Source: Scenedesmus sp. PABB004
Lineage: Eukaryota
Reading direction: 5' to 3'
NCBI GenBank assembly: GCA_014905635.1
Contig: JABVCE010000011.1
Location: 434,001-498,000 of the forward strand
Length of the DNA stretch: 64,000 nt
A program made the translations under genes and the position numbers. Shown piece after piece: positions 1 to 12,769 of the stretch (its first letter is position 1; the number at the start of each line of letters is the position of its first letter). The notes under the pieces are model-generated. The model was given only the letters and a program-made list of their open reading frames with translations. It was not told the origin of the DNA and ran no database searches.

Positions 1-193
1 ACGCGCAGGGAGCTCGCCGGCGCCGCCAGCGCGCGCGCAACTCACCGACGCTGGCGTCCCACCGTCCGTCGCCCGCGCAGGCGCCGCGCCGAGCCACCGC
101 GCCCCCTTCCTCGGCTGCGTGCGCCCGGGGCTGCGGCTGGGCGGCCCGCCGGCGAGCCACGCGGCGGCGGCGCTGCCAGCGGGACGGCTGGCC

Positions 194-3100
194 ATGCCCC
201 GCTGCGAGGGCCTGCAGCACCGCCGCCGGCTGGCGAGCAGCACGGCGCCGCCCGGCGGCGATGAGCAGCGCCAGCGCAGCAGCAGTGGCGGCGGCGGCGG
301 CGGCGGCGGCCAGCGCGGCAGTGTGACCGCGCGCGCCGCGGCGAGCGCGACGTGGGACCAGCCCCACGACCACGGGGCGGCGGGCGACGCGCGCTCGCAC
401 GGCCACGGCGACGAGGGCGGCAGCTGCGGCTGCGGCGGCGGCGGCGGCGGCGGCGAGCACAGCCACGCGGAGGGGCACGGCCACGGCCACGGCGCGCACA
501 GCCACGGCGCGCACAGCCACGGCGCGCACGGCCGCGGCCACGCGCACGGCCACGCGCACGGCCACCACCACCACCACGGCGCGGGCGGGCACCACCACCA
601 CTTCCACACCGACTCGGCCGCACTCAGCAGCAGCCCGCTGCTGAGCGCGCTGGCCAAGACGGGCCTCTTTGGCCTGGCGGAGCACCTCGAGCACCACACC
701 GCCTACACGGTTGCCTCGGTCTCCGCCTTTGTCGCCGCGCTGCTGCTGCGGCTCGCGGCGGCGCAGGGCCTGCTGACCGCCGCCACCGCGGGTGCGCGCG
801 CGCGCGCGCTGCCGCGCGCCCCCTGCCGCGCGCCGCGCGCGCGCTCCCGCCTCCCCTCACCCTTCTCTCCCTCCACCTCACCCCTCCCTCTCGCCGTCGT
901 CGCCCCCACCCACCCACACACACACGCACGCAGCGCTGCTCGCCAAGGCGGCGCTGGGTGTCACGTTTGCGCTGTCGGGCGTGCCGCAGCTCGCCGAGAC
1001 GCTCGGCGCCGCGGCGGCGGGGCGCGTGGACACGCACGTGCTCATGAGCGCCAGCGTGCTGGGCACGCTCTACATGGGCATGGCCCAGGAGGTGCGGCGG
1101 GCCTTGCGGGGCTCAGGGCTCAGCAGGGCTCAGGCTTCAGGGGTTGAGGCGCTCAGGGCTTGGAGCTGAAGGCGGCGCAGACCTTGGAGCTCTTGCGCTC
1201 ACACGCGCGCGCCGCGTCCCCGCCGCGTCCCCGCCGCGTCCCCCCCCCCCCCCCCCGCAGGGCGCGCTGCTGCTGCTGCTCTTCCGTGTGTCGCACCTGC
1301 TCGAGGACCGCCTGACCGCCAAGGCCGCCGGCGGGCTGCAGCGCCTGTTCGACAGCGTGCCCGACACCGCGGCGCTGGTCGAGGTCGAGCCGAGCGGCGC
1401 GCCGCGCGCCGCGACCGCGCGCCAGGTGCGCGCGCTGCGCCCGCCGCGCGCCGCGCGCCGCGCCCGGCGCGCACGCCCGCGGCCCGCGCCGCGCCGCGCC
1501 GCGCGCCCACGGCCCACGGCTCGCACCGCCGCCGCCGCCGCCGCGGCAGGTGCCGGCCGGGGACGTCGCGCTGGGCAGCACGTGCTCGTGCGGCCGGGCG
1601 AGCAGGTGCCGCTGGACGGGACCATCTCCTGGGGCACCGCCAACCTCAGCCTGCAGCACATCAGCGGCGAGGAGCAGCCGGTCCGGCTCGGGCCCGGCCA
1701 GGAGGTACCGGCGGGGTCGCTCAGCACCGACGGCCTGCTCGTCGTGCGCGTGCAGGCGACCGCCGCGGACAGCACGCCCGCGCGCATCGCCCAGATGGCG
1801 GCGCAGGCGCAGGTGGGGCCGCGTGCGCGCGCGGGCGTGCGGGGGCGCGGCGCCTGGGGCGTCCGGGGGGTGGCACCCCTCCCGCAGCAGGCCCAGTGCC
1901 CGCGCCCGCCCGGCCGCTCACCGCCGCCCGCGCGTCGCCGCGTCGCGTCGCCGCCGCCGCAGGCGGCGCGCCCGCAGCTCACGCGCTGGCTCGACGGCGT
2001 CGGCGCGGTGTGGAGCAAGGCCGTGATCGGCGCGACGCTCGCGACCGCGGCGCTGCTGCCGCTGCTGGGCGTGCCCTTCCTGGGCGACCGCGGCGCACTG
2101 TACCGCGCCATGGGTGTGCTCACCGCGGGTGCGCGGCGCGGGGGCCTGCTCCGGGCCCGCGCCGGGCGAGGGCCGCGGCGGCGCAGCGGGCGCGCCGCCG
2201 GGGGTGGCGTGGGCGGCGGCGGCGCCGCGAGGGAGGGCCTCGAGCCAAGCGCCGCGCCGCCGCCGCCACGCCGCCGCCGCGCGCCGCGCCGCAGGCTCGC
2301 CGTGCGCGCTCGCGCTCGTGCCGCTCGCGTATGCGTGCGCGATCGCCGCCATCACCGGCCGCGGCATCCTCATTAAGTCGGGCGCCGCGCTCGACGCGCT
2401 CGCCGGCGTGCGCACTGTCGCGCTCGACAAGACCGGGACCATCACGACCGGCAGCCTCAGCCTCGCTGAGGGCTACGCGCTCGAGCTCGGCACGCCGCCG
2501 TCGGACGGCGCCCCGGCCGCGGGAGGCGGCGGCGGCGGCGTGCGCGCGATGGCGGGGCTGCGCGAGCTCTGCGCGCGGGCGCCGCCGCCGCGCGGGGTCG
2601 CCGCCGCCGGCGGCGCGCTCGGCACGACGACGGGCTTTGGCGCAGAGGCGGACGGCGCCGGCGGCGCCGACGGCGGCGGCGCCGCTGACGGCGGCTTTGA
2701 CGCGCTCGCGCTCGGCTGCGCGGTCGCGCTGTCGCGGCTGTCCAACCACCCCGTGTCGCGCGCGATGGTCGACTCTGCGCCGGGGCTGGACGGCGGCGTC
2801 GCGGTGCTGTCGTTCGAGCAGGTCCCTGGCGCGGGCGTGCAGGGCGTGTGCCGCGTCGGCGGCGGGCCGCCGCTGCACGTGCGCTTCGGCGCCGCCGACT
2901 GGGTCGGCGCGCAGCTCGACGGCGCCGCCGGCGCGGCGGAGCTCGGCGGCCTGCTGCGCCAGCACTCGGACCGCCCGAGCCGCGCGACGGCGCTGCTGTC
3001 GATCAACGACGCGCTGCGGGGCGGCGGCGGCCTGGGCGGCGGCGGCCCCGGCAGCGCTGACATGGCGGTCGTCATTGACGACGGCGACGGCGGCGGCGCC

Positions 3101-4436
3101 AGCCCCGGCGCCGGGGGCAGCGCCGGCAAGGCGGCGGCGCGGCTGCGCGGCAGCCACACCAACCGCGACGGCTCGCTCTCATTCGAGTTTGATGTCGCCG
3201 CACCCGACGCCAGCAGCGCCCCGGGCGCGGCCGGCGACGCCGCCGGCGCCAGCGTGGCAGGCGGCGCGGGCGGCGCCGGCGGCGGCGCGGGCGGCGCAGG
3301 CGCGCCGCGCGGCGTGGTGCTGCTGTGCTTTGATGACGTCATCCAGCCGGGCGTGCCCGGCGCGGTCGCGGCGCTGCAGCGCGGCACCTGGGCGCGCGGC
3401 TGGCGCGCGCGCTGGCTCGGCCCCGGCGCGGGCGACGCCAAGGCCGTGGTCATGCTCACAGGTGGGTGGGTGGGTGTGGGGCGGGGGCTGGGCGCGCGGT
3501 GCGCGCGTGCGCGTGCGCGCTTGGCGGGCGCCGCGCGCCGACGCCGCCGCGCGCTGCGCCGCGCGCGCAGGCGACAACCAGCGCGTCGCGGCGGCGGTCG
3601 CGGGCGCGGTGGGCATCGAAGACTTCCGGGCGGGCTGCGCCCCGAGGACAAGCTCGCCTACGTCACGGCCGCGGCCGCGCACGCGGCGGCGGCCGACGCC
3701 GCCGCGGGCGGCGCGCGCCGCGGGGGCCTCGCGCGCGCGCCCGGCGGGCTGCTCATGGCCGGGGACGGCATCAACGACGCGCCCGCGCTCGCGGCGGCCC
3801 AGGCGCGCGGCGCGCGGCGCGCGGCGCCCGCGCGGCGCCGCGGCCCTGCCTCGCGCCCCGCGGCCGCCGCGCCCCCGCTCCGCGCAGCCAGCAGCGCCTC
3901 GGCGCCGCCGCGCCGCCGCTGCGCCGGCGCCGCGCGTCTGCGCAGGTGGGCGTGGCCATCGCGTCGACGCCGAAGGACATGGTCGCCGCTGCCGCTGACA
4001 TCATCGTGTTGAATGGCCAGGGCGTCACCAGCCTGCCCTGGCTCTTCCACGTCGCCGACCGCACGCACACAATCCTCAAGCAGGCGCGCGCGCGCGGGGC
4101 CCGGGCGCACGCGCGCGGCGCGGGCCGCCGCGGCCGCGGCCGGCTGCTGACGGCGGCGGCGCGGCGGCGCCGCGCGGCGGCGCGCAGAACCTCGCGCTCG
4201 CGCTCGCGTCGGTCGCGGTCGCGACGCTGCCCACGCTCGCGGGCGTGTTCCCCCTCTGGCTCGCCGTCACGCTGCACGAGGGCTCCACGCTGCTCGTCGC
4301 GCTCAACTCGCTGCGCCTGCTGCTCGAGGCGCCGCCGCCGCCGGCGGCCGCGGCAGGGCAGGACGAGCGGCGCGCGCCGCGCGCCGCGGGCGCGGGGCAG
4401 GCCGCGGGGCAGGCCGCGCACGCGCACGCGCACTGA
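194..4436 (+). CDS. HMA1: P1B-4-type heavy-metal transporting ATPase, HMA1-like (multi-exon; start uncertain and may lie upstream)
   Basis: Spliced translation gives a His-rich N-terminus, A-domain VRPGEQVPLDG..ISGE, TM6 SPC motif, DKTGT phosphorylation site, SNHP, MLTGDN, GDGINDAPALA and TM8 LHEGSTLLV. Stop TGA at 4434-4436. Apparent 1-nt frameshift near 3632. Confidence 0.9.
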
Positions 4437-4639
4437 GGCTGCTGGCGGCGCGTGTCGAGAGGCTTGGCAAGCCCGAGCCGCGAGCTGCGCCGCGTGCGCT
4501 TCACCGGCGGCGAAACGCGGTCGCCGCCGCGCCGGAGCAGCAGCCCGCCGCCCGCCCGTCGCCGCGCACTCTCGCGCCGCCGTCCACCCCGTCCACCCCG
4601 CCGTCCGCCCCCGACACCCCCCGCCCCTCCCCGCTCCAA

Positions 4640-5387
4640 ATGGCCGCCCTCCTGGCCCGCCCCCAGCCCCGCGTGGCCGCGGGCCGGTGCTGCGCGCCCA
4701 CAGCGCCCGGCGCGCGCCGTGTGGTCCGCGCGCGCAATGCGGCTGCGGACGCGGCGCAGACGGCGGTCATCGACGCGGACGCGCCGGCTGGCAGCGTGGT
4801 CGCCATCACGGGCGCCTCGTTCGCGTCCTACCTGGCCGAGAACGAGCTGGTGCTGGTCGACTACTACACGCAGTGGTGCGGGCCCTGCAAGGTGCGCCCA
4901 CGGACCCCTGCGCGGCGGAGGGTGCCGCCGGGATGCGCCCGACCTTGCCCTGTCCGCATCCGCACCCGCAGATGATCGCGCCCCACCTCGAGGAGATGGC
5001 GCAGCAGATCAAGGGCGTCAAGTTCGCCAAGCTCGACTGCAGTGAGCCCCGCGCGCGCCGCGACCCCGCCGCCGCTGCTGCCGCCGTTGCTTCCGCCGCC
5101 GCCGCCGCCGCCGCCCACGGCGCGCGCGGCGCCGCCGCGCAGCCACCGACGCGGAGGCCAAGAAGATCGCCATGGCCGCCGGCATCAAGGCGCTGCCGAC
5201 GTTCCAGGTGCGGGCTGGCCCGCGCGGGGTGCGGCGCCGCCGCGCTCTCGCCGCGCCCGCCGCCGCGCTCCCACCGCGCGCCCGCCGCCGCGCGCGCGCG
5301 CAGATGTTCCGCAACGGCGAGCGCGTGGGCGTGTTTGTCGGCAGCAAGCACGTGCAGCTGCGCAAGTTTGTCGAGGAGTACGTCTGA
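4640..5387 (+). CDS. TRXf: Plastid thioredoxin, f-type (4 exons)
   Basis: Arg/Ala-rich transit-peptide-like N-terminus, DYYTQWCGPCK active site, KLDC extra Cys typical of Trx-f, and the LPTF cis-Pro motif. Confidence 0.85.
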
Positions 5388-6255
5388 GCCGGAGACAGGG
5401 CTGCTGAGCCGGAGCGAGGGCTGCTGCTGCGCCGGAGAGCCGGAGCCGCGCCGGAGCGGCGCGGCGCGTGGGAGCGCTCGAGGAGGAGGGCCGTTTGCGC
5501 GTCGTCGCCGTCGTTGTCAGCGTGGTGGCCCCGACTGTACTAGTACCTGCAGCGCGCGCCGCGCTGGGGCGGCACCGCCCCGCACCGCGCCGCGCTGCGC
5601 GCCATTCCTTGGTCGCGCGACGGCGGCGCGCCGCCAGCCGCGGCGCGCTGTACTGTTGTGTAGATCGCGAGAGCGCGGCGCGCGACCCCCAAGAACTGCG
5701 GCGGCTGTACCTGTAGGGCCCCGGTTGTGCATGCCCCGGGCGCCGCTGCCGGGCGTCGCTGAGCGCACAGCGGTCGTGGCGCGGGCGGCTGGCCGCGGGC
5801 GGCCACGCGCGCCACGCCGCGCCCCTTTTTGGTGCCTTGGAACGAAACTGCGCGGAGGCCGGTCTGTTCGTGCGAGGGCTGGCGAGGGCGCGGAGGGAGG
5901 GAGCGGCGGGTGGGCGGCCCTGGAGCGCGCGCCGCCGCAAACTGAATTGAACTGGAGGGCGCGCACTGCTGCTCGGCGTGAGGTACCCTTGCTCGCCGCG
6001 CGTGCTGTGCGCGGCGCGCGTGCCGTGCCGGCGGTGTGCAACGGCTGAGCGGTGGGCCTCCCTACGCGCCCCGGCGATCAACAGCCAGGCGCAGGCAGTC
6101 TAGGAGCAGCCTGCACCAGCCGTGCGCCGCCGCTGCGCGTCAACCTAGGTTTGAACGGCCGCCCGCGTGCGCCCCCACCTGCCGGCGCCCCCGCCCCGCG
6201 CACAGCCCGCCCCCGATCTGCACTCTCAGCACGCCGCAGCACCGCCCGCAGCAGC

Positions 6256-8062
6256 ATGGCGACCGGGAGGAGCGCCGAGCGCGGCGCGGCGCCGCCGGGC
6301 GCGTGCGTGCTGCTGCCGGCCCTGGAGGCGCTGGGCGAGGCGGCCTGGGGCGCCGCGCTGGTGCCCAAGCTGCTGGCGGACCGTGGCAGCGCGCCCGCGT
6401 TCGCGCTGGCCTGCAGGGCGACGCGGCGCGTGGTGCACGGCGCGGTCGCGGCGCTCAAGCTGCCCGGCGGCGACTGCGAGCGCGCGGCGGCGCTGCAGGG
6501 CGGGCTGTTCGCGTCCTGCGCCAGGGTGGAGGTCACGCTGGCCAGCCGCGAGGACGCCGCGGTCGGCCTGGCGGCCGCGCTGCCGGCGCTCGCGACGTGA
6601 GCGCGCGCCCGGCGCTGCTGCTGCTGCTGCTGCTGCTGCTGCGCGCGCGGCCTGCGCCGGCATGCCGGCCGCCCACACAGCGCCGGCTGCTTGGTGGCCG
6701 TGGCGGCGTGCATGCGCCCTGCGCCGCCCACGCAGCGTGCCCGGTCGACGGCTGACGCGCGCCGCCCGCCGCCCGCCCGCCCACCGCACAGGCTGCCGCA
6801 GCTGACGGCGCTGGGGCTGCTCGTCGCGGACCGCGGTGCCAGCAAGCCGCTCACCCTGGCACTTGTGCTGGGAACTGTGCGTTATGGCCTGCCCGGCCTG
6901 CGCGAGCTCGAGCTGGGCGTCGCCGCCGGCTGGGCGGGCAGCGACGCGGCGTGGCGGGCGCTGGGCCAGGCGACGCAGCTCACGGCCATCACTGTGCGGT
7001 TCCGCAAAGGGCTGAAGGTGCCTGTCAGTCTGACGCACTGCTCGGCGCTGACCCAGCTCAGCGGCCTGGCGAGCCTGGAGGTGTCTGGCGGCAGGTTCAC
7101 CAACAGCCCTCAGCAGCAGTACGACTGGCTGGGCGGCCTGGCGCCGGCGCTCACGGTGCTGCGCCTGCCCCTGGTCTGCAGCCGCCTAGGCCTGGCGTCT
7201 GTGGGCGCCTGTACGCAGCTGCGGAGCCTTTTCCTGCATCCGTGGAGCGACGACATCACCGGCGAGGCTGTGTGGCCGACGCTGGGCGGCGACGAGTGCG
7301 CGGCGCTCGCGCGCCTGGTCGCGCTGACGGAGCTATGGTTGCCAGTCAAGCAGGGCTCTGACCCGCGCCTGCTCGCGGTGCTGGGCGCGTTGACCGACCT
7401 GCGCGTGCTGAGTGTTCATGGCCTGTCGCGTGCTTCCCTGCCGTGCCTGGCGGGCCTGAGCCGGCTGACTCAGCTGGTCGGCGAGTGGGTGGAGGGTGGC
7501 GAGGGCGCGGCCGTGGCATGCCCGTCGGTGGTGGAGCTGTGGGGCAGGGGGCCGGTGCCGTTTGCGGCCTTTCCCTGCCTGCAAACGGTCGGGCAGCGGG
7601 CGTCCTGGTCGCCGGCCACGCTGCGGGAGCTGGCCGAGCACTGCAGCGAGCTGCAGTCAATAAGGCTTCGCAAAATCAATGCAGAGCCCCAGCCTGCAGC
7701 TGCAGGGCGAGGGCGAGGGCGGTGGCGAGACGGCGCGGCGTGGCGGCGGCGCGGTCGCTGGCGCGCCTGCCCGCGCTGCGCCAGCTCGCATTTGCAGCGG
7801 GTCACGACGCAGAGGTTGCGGCGCTGGCGGGCATGCGCGCGCTGCGACTTGTGTGGCTGCACCTGTTGGGGCTGGAGCTAGCTCCAGCCCGGGGCAGCGC
7901 TGCCCCGGGCGGACGCGCGCGCGGTGCTGTGCGGGCTGTCGTTTGTCAACAGGCTGTGTGTGGGAGAATGTGGCGGAGGCGCAGGAGTGGTGGGCGGCGG
8001 CAGCGGCGCTGACCGCAGCCGGCCTGCCGCGGCCCGCCGCGGTTGATCTCGTGTCTGTCTGA
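6256..8062 (+). pseudogene. F-box-like/LRR (RNI-like) protein, frameshifted paralog of 22463-24289
   Basis: Exon 1 6256-6596, intron 6597-6791, exon 2 with LxxLxxL repeats. After about 7670 the homology to the second copy jumps between frames several times, and a block of about 27 codons is missing. Confidence 0.7.
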
Positions 8063-8175
8063 GTGAGGGGCGACGCGGCCTGCGCCGGCCCTGCTGCGGG
8101 ACGCAGCTGCGTGCGGGCCGGCCCGCTGGTGGTCGCGCGGTGGCGCCATCGATGGAGAGTTGAGTTGACAAACGG

Positions 8176-11100
8176 TCACACAGCCCCGCCCCGCTCACCG
8201 CGCGCGCGCGCCTCACCGCGCGGCGCCGCCTGCGCCGCCGCGGCGGCGGCCGCGGCCTTGGCGGCCGCGCGCGCCGTCGCCTTGGCCGCGCGCGCCTTGA
8301 GCCACTCGCGGTCGGGGACGCCGCCAGGCGGCTCGTCCGCGTCGGCGCTGCCATCGCTGTCGCTCTCGGCGGGCACGTCCCCCGGCGGCGTGAAGCCGAG
8401 GATGCGGCTCAGGTCGGGCCCCGCCGCAGCGGCCTCTCGCGCCCGGCCCTTGCGCTGCCGCGCGCCTGCCGCGCCGCTGGGCGCAGCGGCTCCCGGCCCC
8501 AGCAGCGGCGGCGGCGCGCCGACAGCGTCCAGCCAGGGCGCCCCTGTCCAGGTGCGCCTGCGGCGGCGGGCGGTCAGCGGGCGGTCAGCGCGCACAGCAG
8601 CCTCGACGGCGCGCGCGGTCCGCCAGCCGCCCCGCGCAGCGGCAGCGCGGCCTCACCGCTGCAGGCCCTTGATCAGCGCACGCTCGCTCTCAGGGATGGT
8701 GACCACGCCAAAGCTGCCCAGCGCCAACGCGGGCACTGCGGGCGCCGCGGGCGTCTCCGCTGCGGCGCCCTCGCTGGCCGCCGCGCCCGTGCCGCTGGCG
8801 GGCCGGCTGCCGCCGCTGACCGGCGCGTCCAGCGGCGCGGGCGCGGCATCGCCCTCCGCGGGCGCCTCGCCCGCAGCTGCGCTGGCCTCGCCGCCGCCGC
8901 CCGCCGCGCCTGCGTCTCCCTCCTGCGGAGCAGCGGCCCCGGCCTCCTCTGCCCCCACCTCGCCGCCCTCGTGCTCCTCCGCCGCCTCCTCGGCGGCCGG
9001 CGCGCCGGGCTCCGCCTCCGGCTGCGCGCCGCCCTCCGAGTCGCGCTCGTCTGCGCCGGCCGCCACCGCCGGCTCTGCCTCGCTGGCGCCGGCCTCGCGC
9101 GGCGGGGCGCCGCCCAGCTCGGCCGCCCCCGCCCCCGCCCCGCCGGCCGGCCCGCCGCCGCGCGGCGAGGGCGCCGCCGTGCCGTCGGCGCTGCCGCCGG
9201 CGCCGGCTGCGGGCGGCGCGCGCGCGCCGGCCGCGGCCGCCGCGGCGCGGATGGCCGCCATGTCAGGGAGGTCCCCCGCCGCCAGCAGGCGCTCCAGGCG
9301 CGCGGTGACCTCGGACAGCAGGGCCGGCAGGGCGTCGAAGAAGCTGTCGTCGTCGATGGTGTCGCGCCCGCGCGACGGCAGCGCCGGCCGGCCGCTCGGT
9401 GGCGCAGGGCTCGGCAGCGCGAGCGGCAGGCCCGGCAGCGGCAGCCCGCCGGCGACGGGGCCCGGCCCGGCGCTGCCCTCGTGCGCGAGCGAGAGCGCGC
9501 TCGCGCCGCCGCCGCCGAGCGCGTGCTCCGCGCGTGCGGCGTCGCGCGCGCGGCCAGCGTTGAGCCTGCGGCCGCCGGGGCGTGGGCGGGCGCGCGGCGG
9601 TGCGACGGGCGGGCGCTGCGGCGCACGGCGCAGCACGTGCCGGCGCGGCGCGGCGCGGCGCGGCGCGGCGCGCACCTGTTGGCCTTGGAGGCCAGCGCGG
9701 CGTCGGGGCCGCCGCCGTCGCGCGCGCCGTGTGCGCTGCCGCGGCCGCTGCCCGGAGCGCCGCCGCCATTGCTGTGGCGGCGCATCGCCTCGGCGGCGGC
9801 GGGGGCCGGGCGCGCCGCGGCGCCGCCGGCGCCGCCCGGCGAGGCGTGGCCGCCCGACAGCGGCGGCGAGGCGGCCGCCGGCGGCGGCACCTCCTCGAGC
9901 GCGACGGCGAGGCGCTGCAGCAGCGAGCGCATGCCCTGCTCCGCCGCGACGCAGATGCTGCGCAGCTTGCCAAACTGGACCTGCGCCGCGTCCATGCGCC
10001 GCTCCGCGGCCTCGATGCGCGCCGCCGCGGCCTCGCCGCCCTCGTCGCCGGGCTCCGGCGCGCCGTCGCGCTCGCGCGCCGCGTCGGCGGCCGGCGCGGT
10101 CGCCGCGGCCGCCGCCGCCGCGGCAGCGCGGCTCGACTCGAACATCGCGCTGCGCGCCGCGAGCAGGCGCCCGATCTCCGCCTTGCACGCCGCCTCGCGC
10201 CGCTCCGCGAGCGCCACGAGCTCGCGCATGCGCGCCTCCTTGGACTTGAGGCCTGCGCGCGCACGGCGGGCGCGGCAGCGCTCGGCCGGCGCCTGCCGTC
10301 GCCGCGCTGCGCGTCCCCCTGCAACCCGCCGCCGCGCTGCGAGTCCCCTGCAAGCCGCCGCCGCGCCGCACCCTGCCAGTACTCCACCACCTCGCCCGGC
10401 GTGTCGGCGCCGCTGATCGCGCGCAGCCGGTTCCAGCTCGCCTCCAGCGCCTCAATCTTGGGCGCGAGCGCCGCGACCTGGCCGCGCGCGGCGGGGCGGG
10501 CGGCGCGAGGGCTCGGCGCCCGCCCGCCGCGCGCCCGCCCGCCGCGCGCTGCCGCGCGGCCGGCCGCGCAACGCCGCGCAAAGCCGCGCAGCCGCGCCCG
10601 CGCCGGGCCCCACCTGCAGCTGGTATGCCTCCTGCTCCATCTTGAGCCGCGCCGCGGCGGCGCGCTCCGCCTTCTCCTTGTCAAGCGCGCGCTCGCGCGC
10701 CTTGACCTCGCGCTCGCGCTCCTTCTGCTGCCGCCGCTTCAGCTCGCGCACCTGGCGGCGCGCACGGGGTGAACAGCGACGCGGCGCGCGCGCACGAGTC
10801 AGGGGGGGGGGGCGCTGCGCCGGGCGGCCCTGCCGGGGCGGGCGGCGCCCGCAGCCGCGCGGCACGCCCGCTCGCCCGCGCACCTCGGCGCGGCGCTCCC
10901 GGATCTTGCGCGTCCAGTCACTCCGCGCCTCCTCGACCTGCGGCGCGCGCGCGCGCGCGTTGTTGTTGCTCAGCACGGCGCGTCGCCCCCCAGCCGCCGC
11001 GCCCCCACTCCCACTCTCCCCCCTTGGGCGCGCGCTCGCCTGGCGCTTGGTCTTGGCCAGCTCCTTCTCCGCCGCCTCGCGCGCGCCGCGCGTCGCGTTG

Positions 11101-12375
11101 AGGTGCGCGCTGAGGTTGCCCAGGTCCTCCAGGCACGCGCGCCGGCTGTCCTGCTTGTCGCGCACCTGCGGGACGGCGCGCGCGCGCGGCGGCCGCGTGA
11201 CGCGCGCGCGCCCCGGCGGCCGCAGCGCCGCGCCGGGCGCGGCCGCCCGAGACAGCCCCCGTGCACGCAGCAGCCAGCAGCATCGCGCGGGCGCGCGTGC
11301 CTTTTGGTCGATGGTCAGGTGCTCGCGCCGCGTGCGCTCGTGCAGCAGCTGGTACAGCCGGTTCTTGGCCTCCGCCTCCTGCAGGTCCTCCTCCACGCGC
11401 GCCATCTCGTCCCGCAGGCTCTGGGGCGGCAACGGCGGCGGCGGCGGCGGCGGCGGCGGCGACGGCGGCGGCGGCGGCGGCTCGGCTGGGGACGCCGCGC
11501 CGCCGCCCTCGGCCGCGGCGGCGGCCCGGCCGCGGCCAGCGCGCGCGCGCGCGCGCGCGCGCGGCGCGCCCGTCGCCGCGCCTGGATGTAGGCGTTCTGC
11601 TCGACGCAGCCGTCGGGCGTGAGGCGCTGCGCGTCGGCGTCGGCGTCGCGCACGCGCGCGATGGCGGCGCCCGCCTTGCGGCTGTCGCCCTTGAGCTCGT
11701 TGAGCTTGGCCTTCTTGAGCTCCAGCTCCTTCAGCAGCTGCCGTATGTCCGCCTGCTGCGCCTCGCCGCCGGCGGTGCCTGACGCCGGCGGCGCGGGGCG
11801 GCGGCGGCGGCGCCGCGCGGCGCGGCGCTGGAGCGGCGGCTCGCCGCACGCGCAGCCGCGCCGGCGCAGGGCGGCGGGGCGGCGGGGCTGCCGACACCAG
11901 CAGCGGCGCGCACCCGCCTCGGCCTTGACCTGCGCGATCGACTCCAGCAGCTGCTGGCGCTCGCGCTTGACGCTCTCCAGCTCGATCGCCAGCTCCTGGT
12001 CGACCGTCAGCGGCTCGTCGCCGAAGCCGCGCGGCGTGTCGAAGGCCGCCGCGGCGCGGCCGGCGCTGGCCGCGCGCGGCAGCGCGCCCGCGCCGCCGCC
12101 GCCCGGACGCGCGCCGCTCGGCCGGGCGGGCGCGTGCGCCGACATGCTGCGCGCGCTGTTGGGGTCCTCGCCGAGCAAGAGCTTGTTGAACAGCTCCGGC
12201 GACGTCTGCCTCCCCCCGCGCGGGGCGGCGCGCGCGCGTCGGCCGCCTGCGCGCGTGCCGCACGCGAGCAGCGCGGCGCGCCGCCCGCCGCCGCCCGCGT
12301 CCGCCGGCGCGCCTTGAGCAGCTCATGCTTGGTGCGCAGGCGGGGCAGCTTGATGGAGGCGTTGCTGCCGGCCAT
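8176..12375 (-). CDS. ODA3: Outer dynein arm docking complex subunit DC1 (coiled-coil, multi-exon; 3' end less certain)
   Basis: Spliced peptides KLPRLRTK, DTPRGFG, GTAGGEAQQ, ELELKKAKLNEL, EAEAKNRLY, ERTRREHL, VAALAPK, ISGADTP match Chlamydomonas ODA3/DCC1 in order, as recalled. Confidence 0.88.
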
Positions 12376-12769
12376 CGCGGCGTCCCCGCGGCGACCGCGC
12401 GAGCGGCGGTCAACACACCGCGCCGTTCGCCGCCGCCTCCGCGCGGGCGTCTGGCGCGGCCTAACCCTGGGTGGCCTCGCGGCCGGTGCGCTGGGCGGGG
12501 CTGGGCTGGGGGAGCGGTCTTTGGTTGCTCGCGGGCGGCGGCGCCTGGGGAGGCAGGCGGGCGGGCGGCGCTGCTCGTCGTGCGTGCGCCGCCGCGCGCG
12601 CTCCGCAGCTGGCGCCGGGAGCTCCAACACCGCGCCGCACTCCCCTGGCGCGCCAGGCAGGGGCGCTCCCCGCTCGCAACCGCCCCGCGCCCGCTGCTGC
12701 CCGTCCCGGCCCTCCCGATCGCGCCATGGCCGCGTGAGCGCCGGTGCGCACACCCTCCCAACCGCCACG

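Noticed and set aside
3626..3650. Programmed ribosomal frameshift in HMA1
   Set aside because: No slippery heptamer. A G-run indel is simpler and recurs at 18031.
6256..8062. F-box/LRR copies as mobile elements or horizontal transfers because of lower GC
   Set aside because: Both share a spliceosomal intron, and I see no terminal repeats, TSDs or mobility domains.
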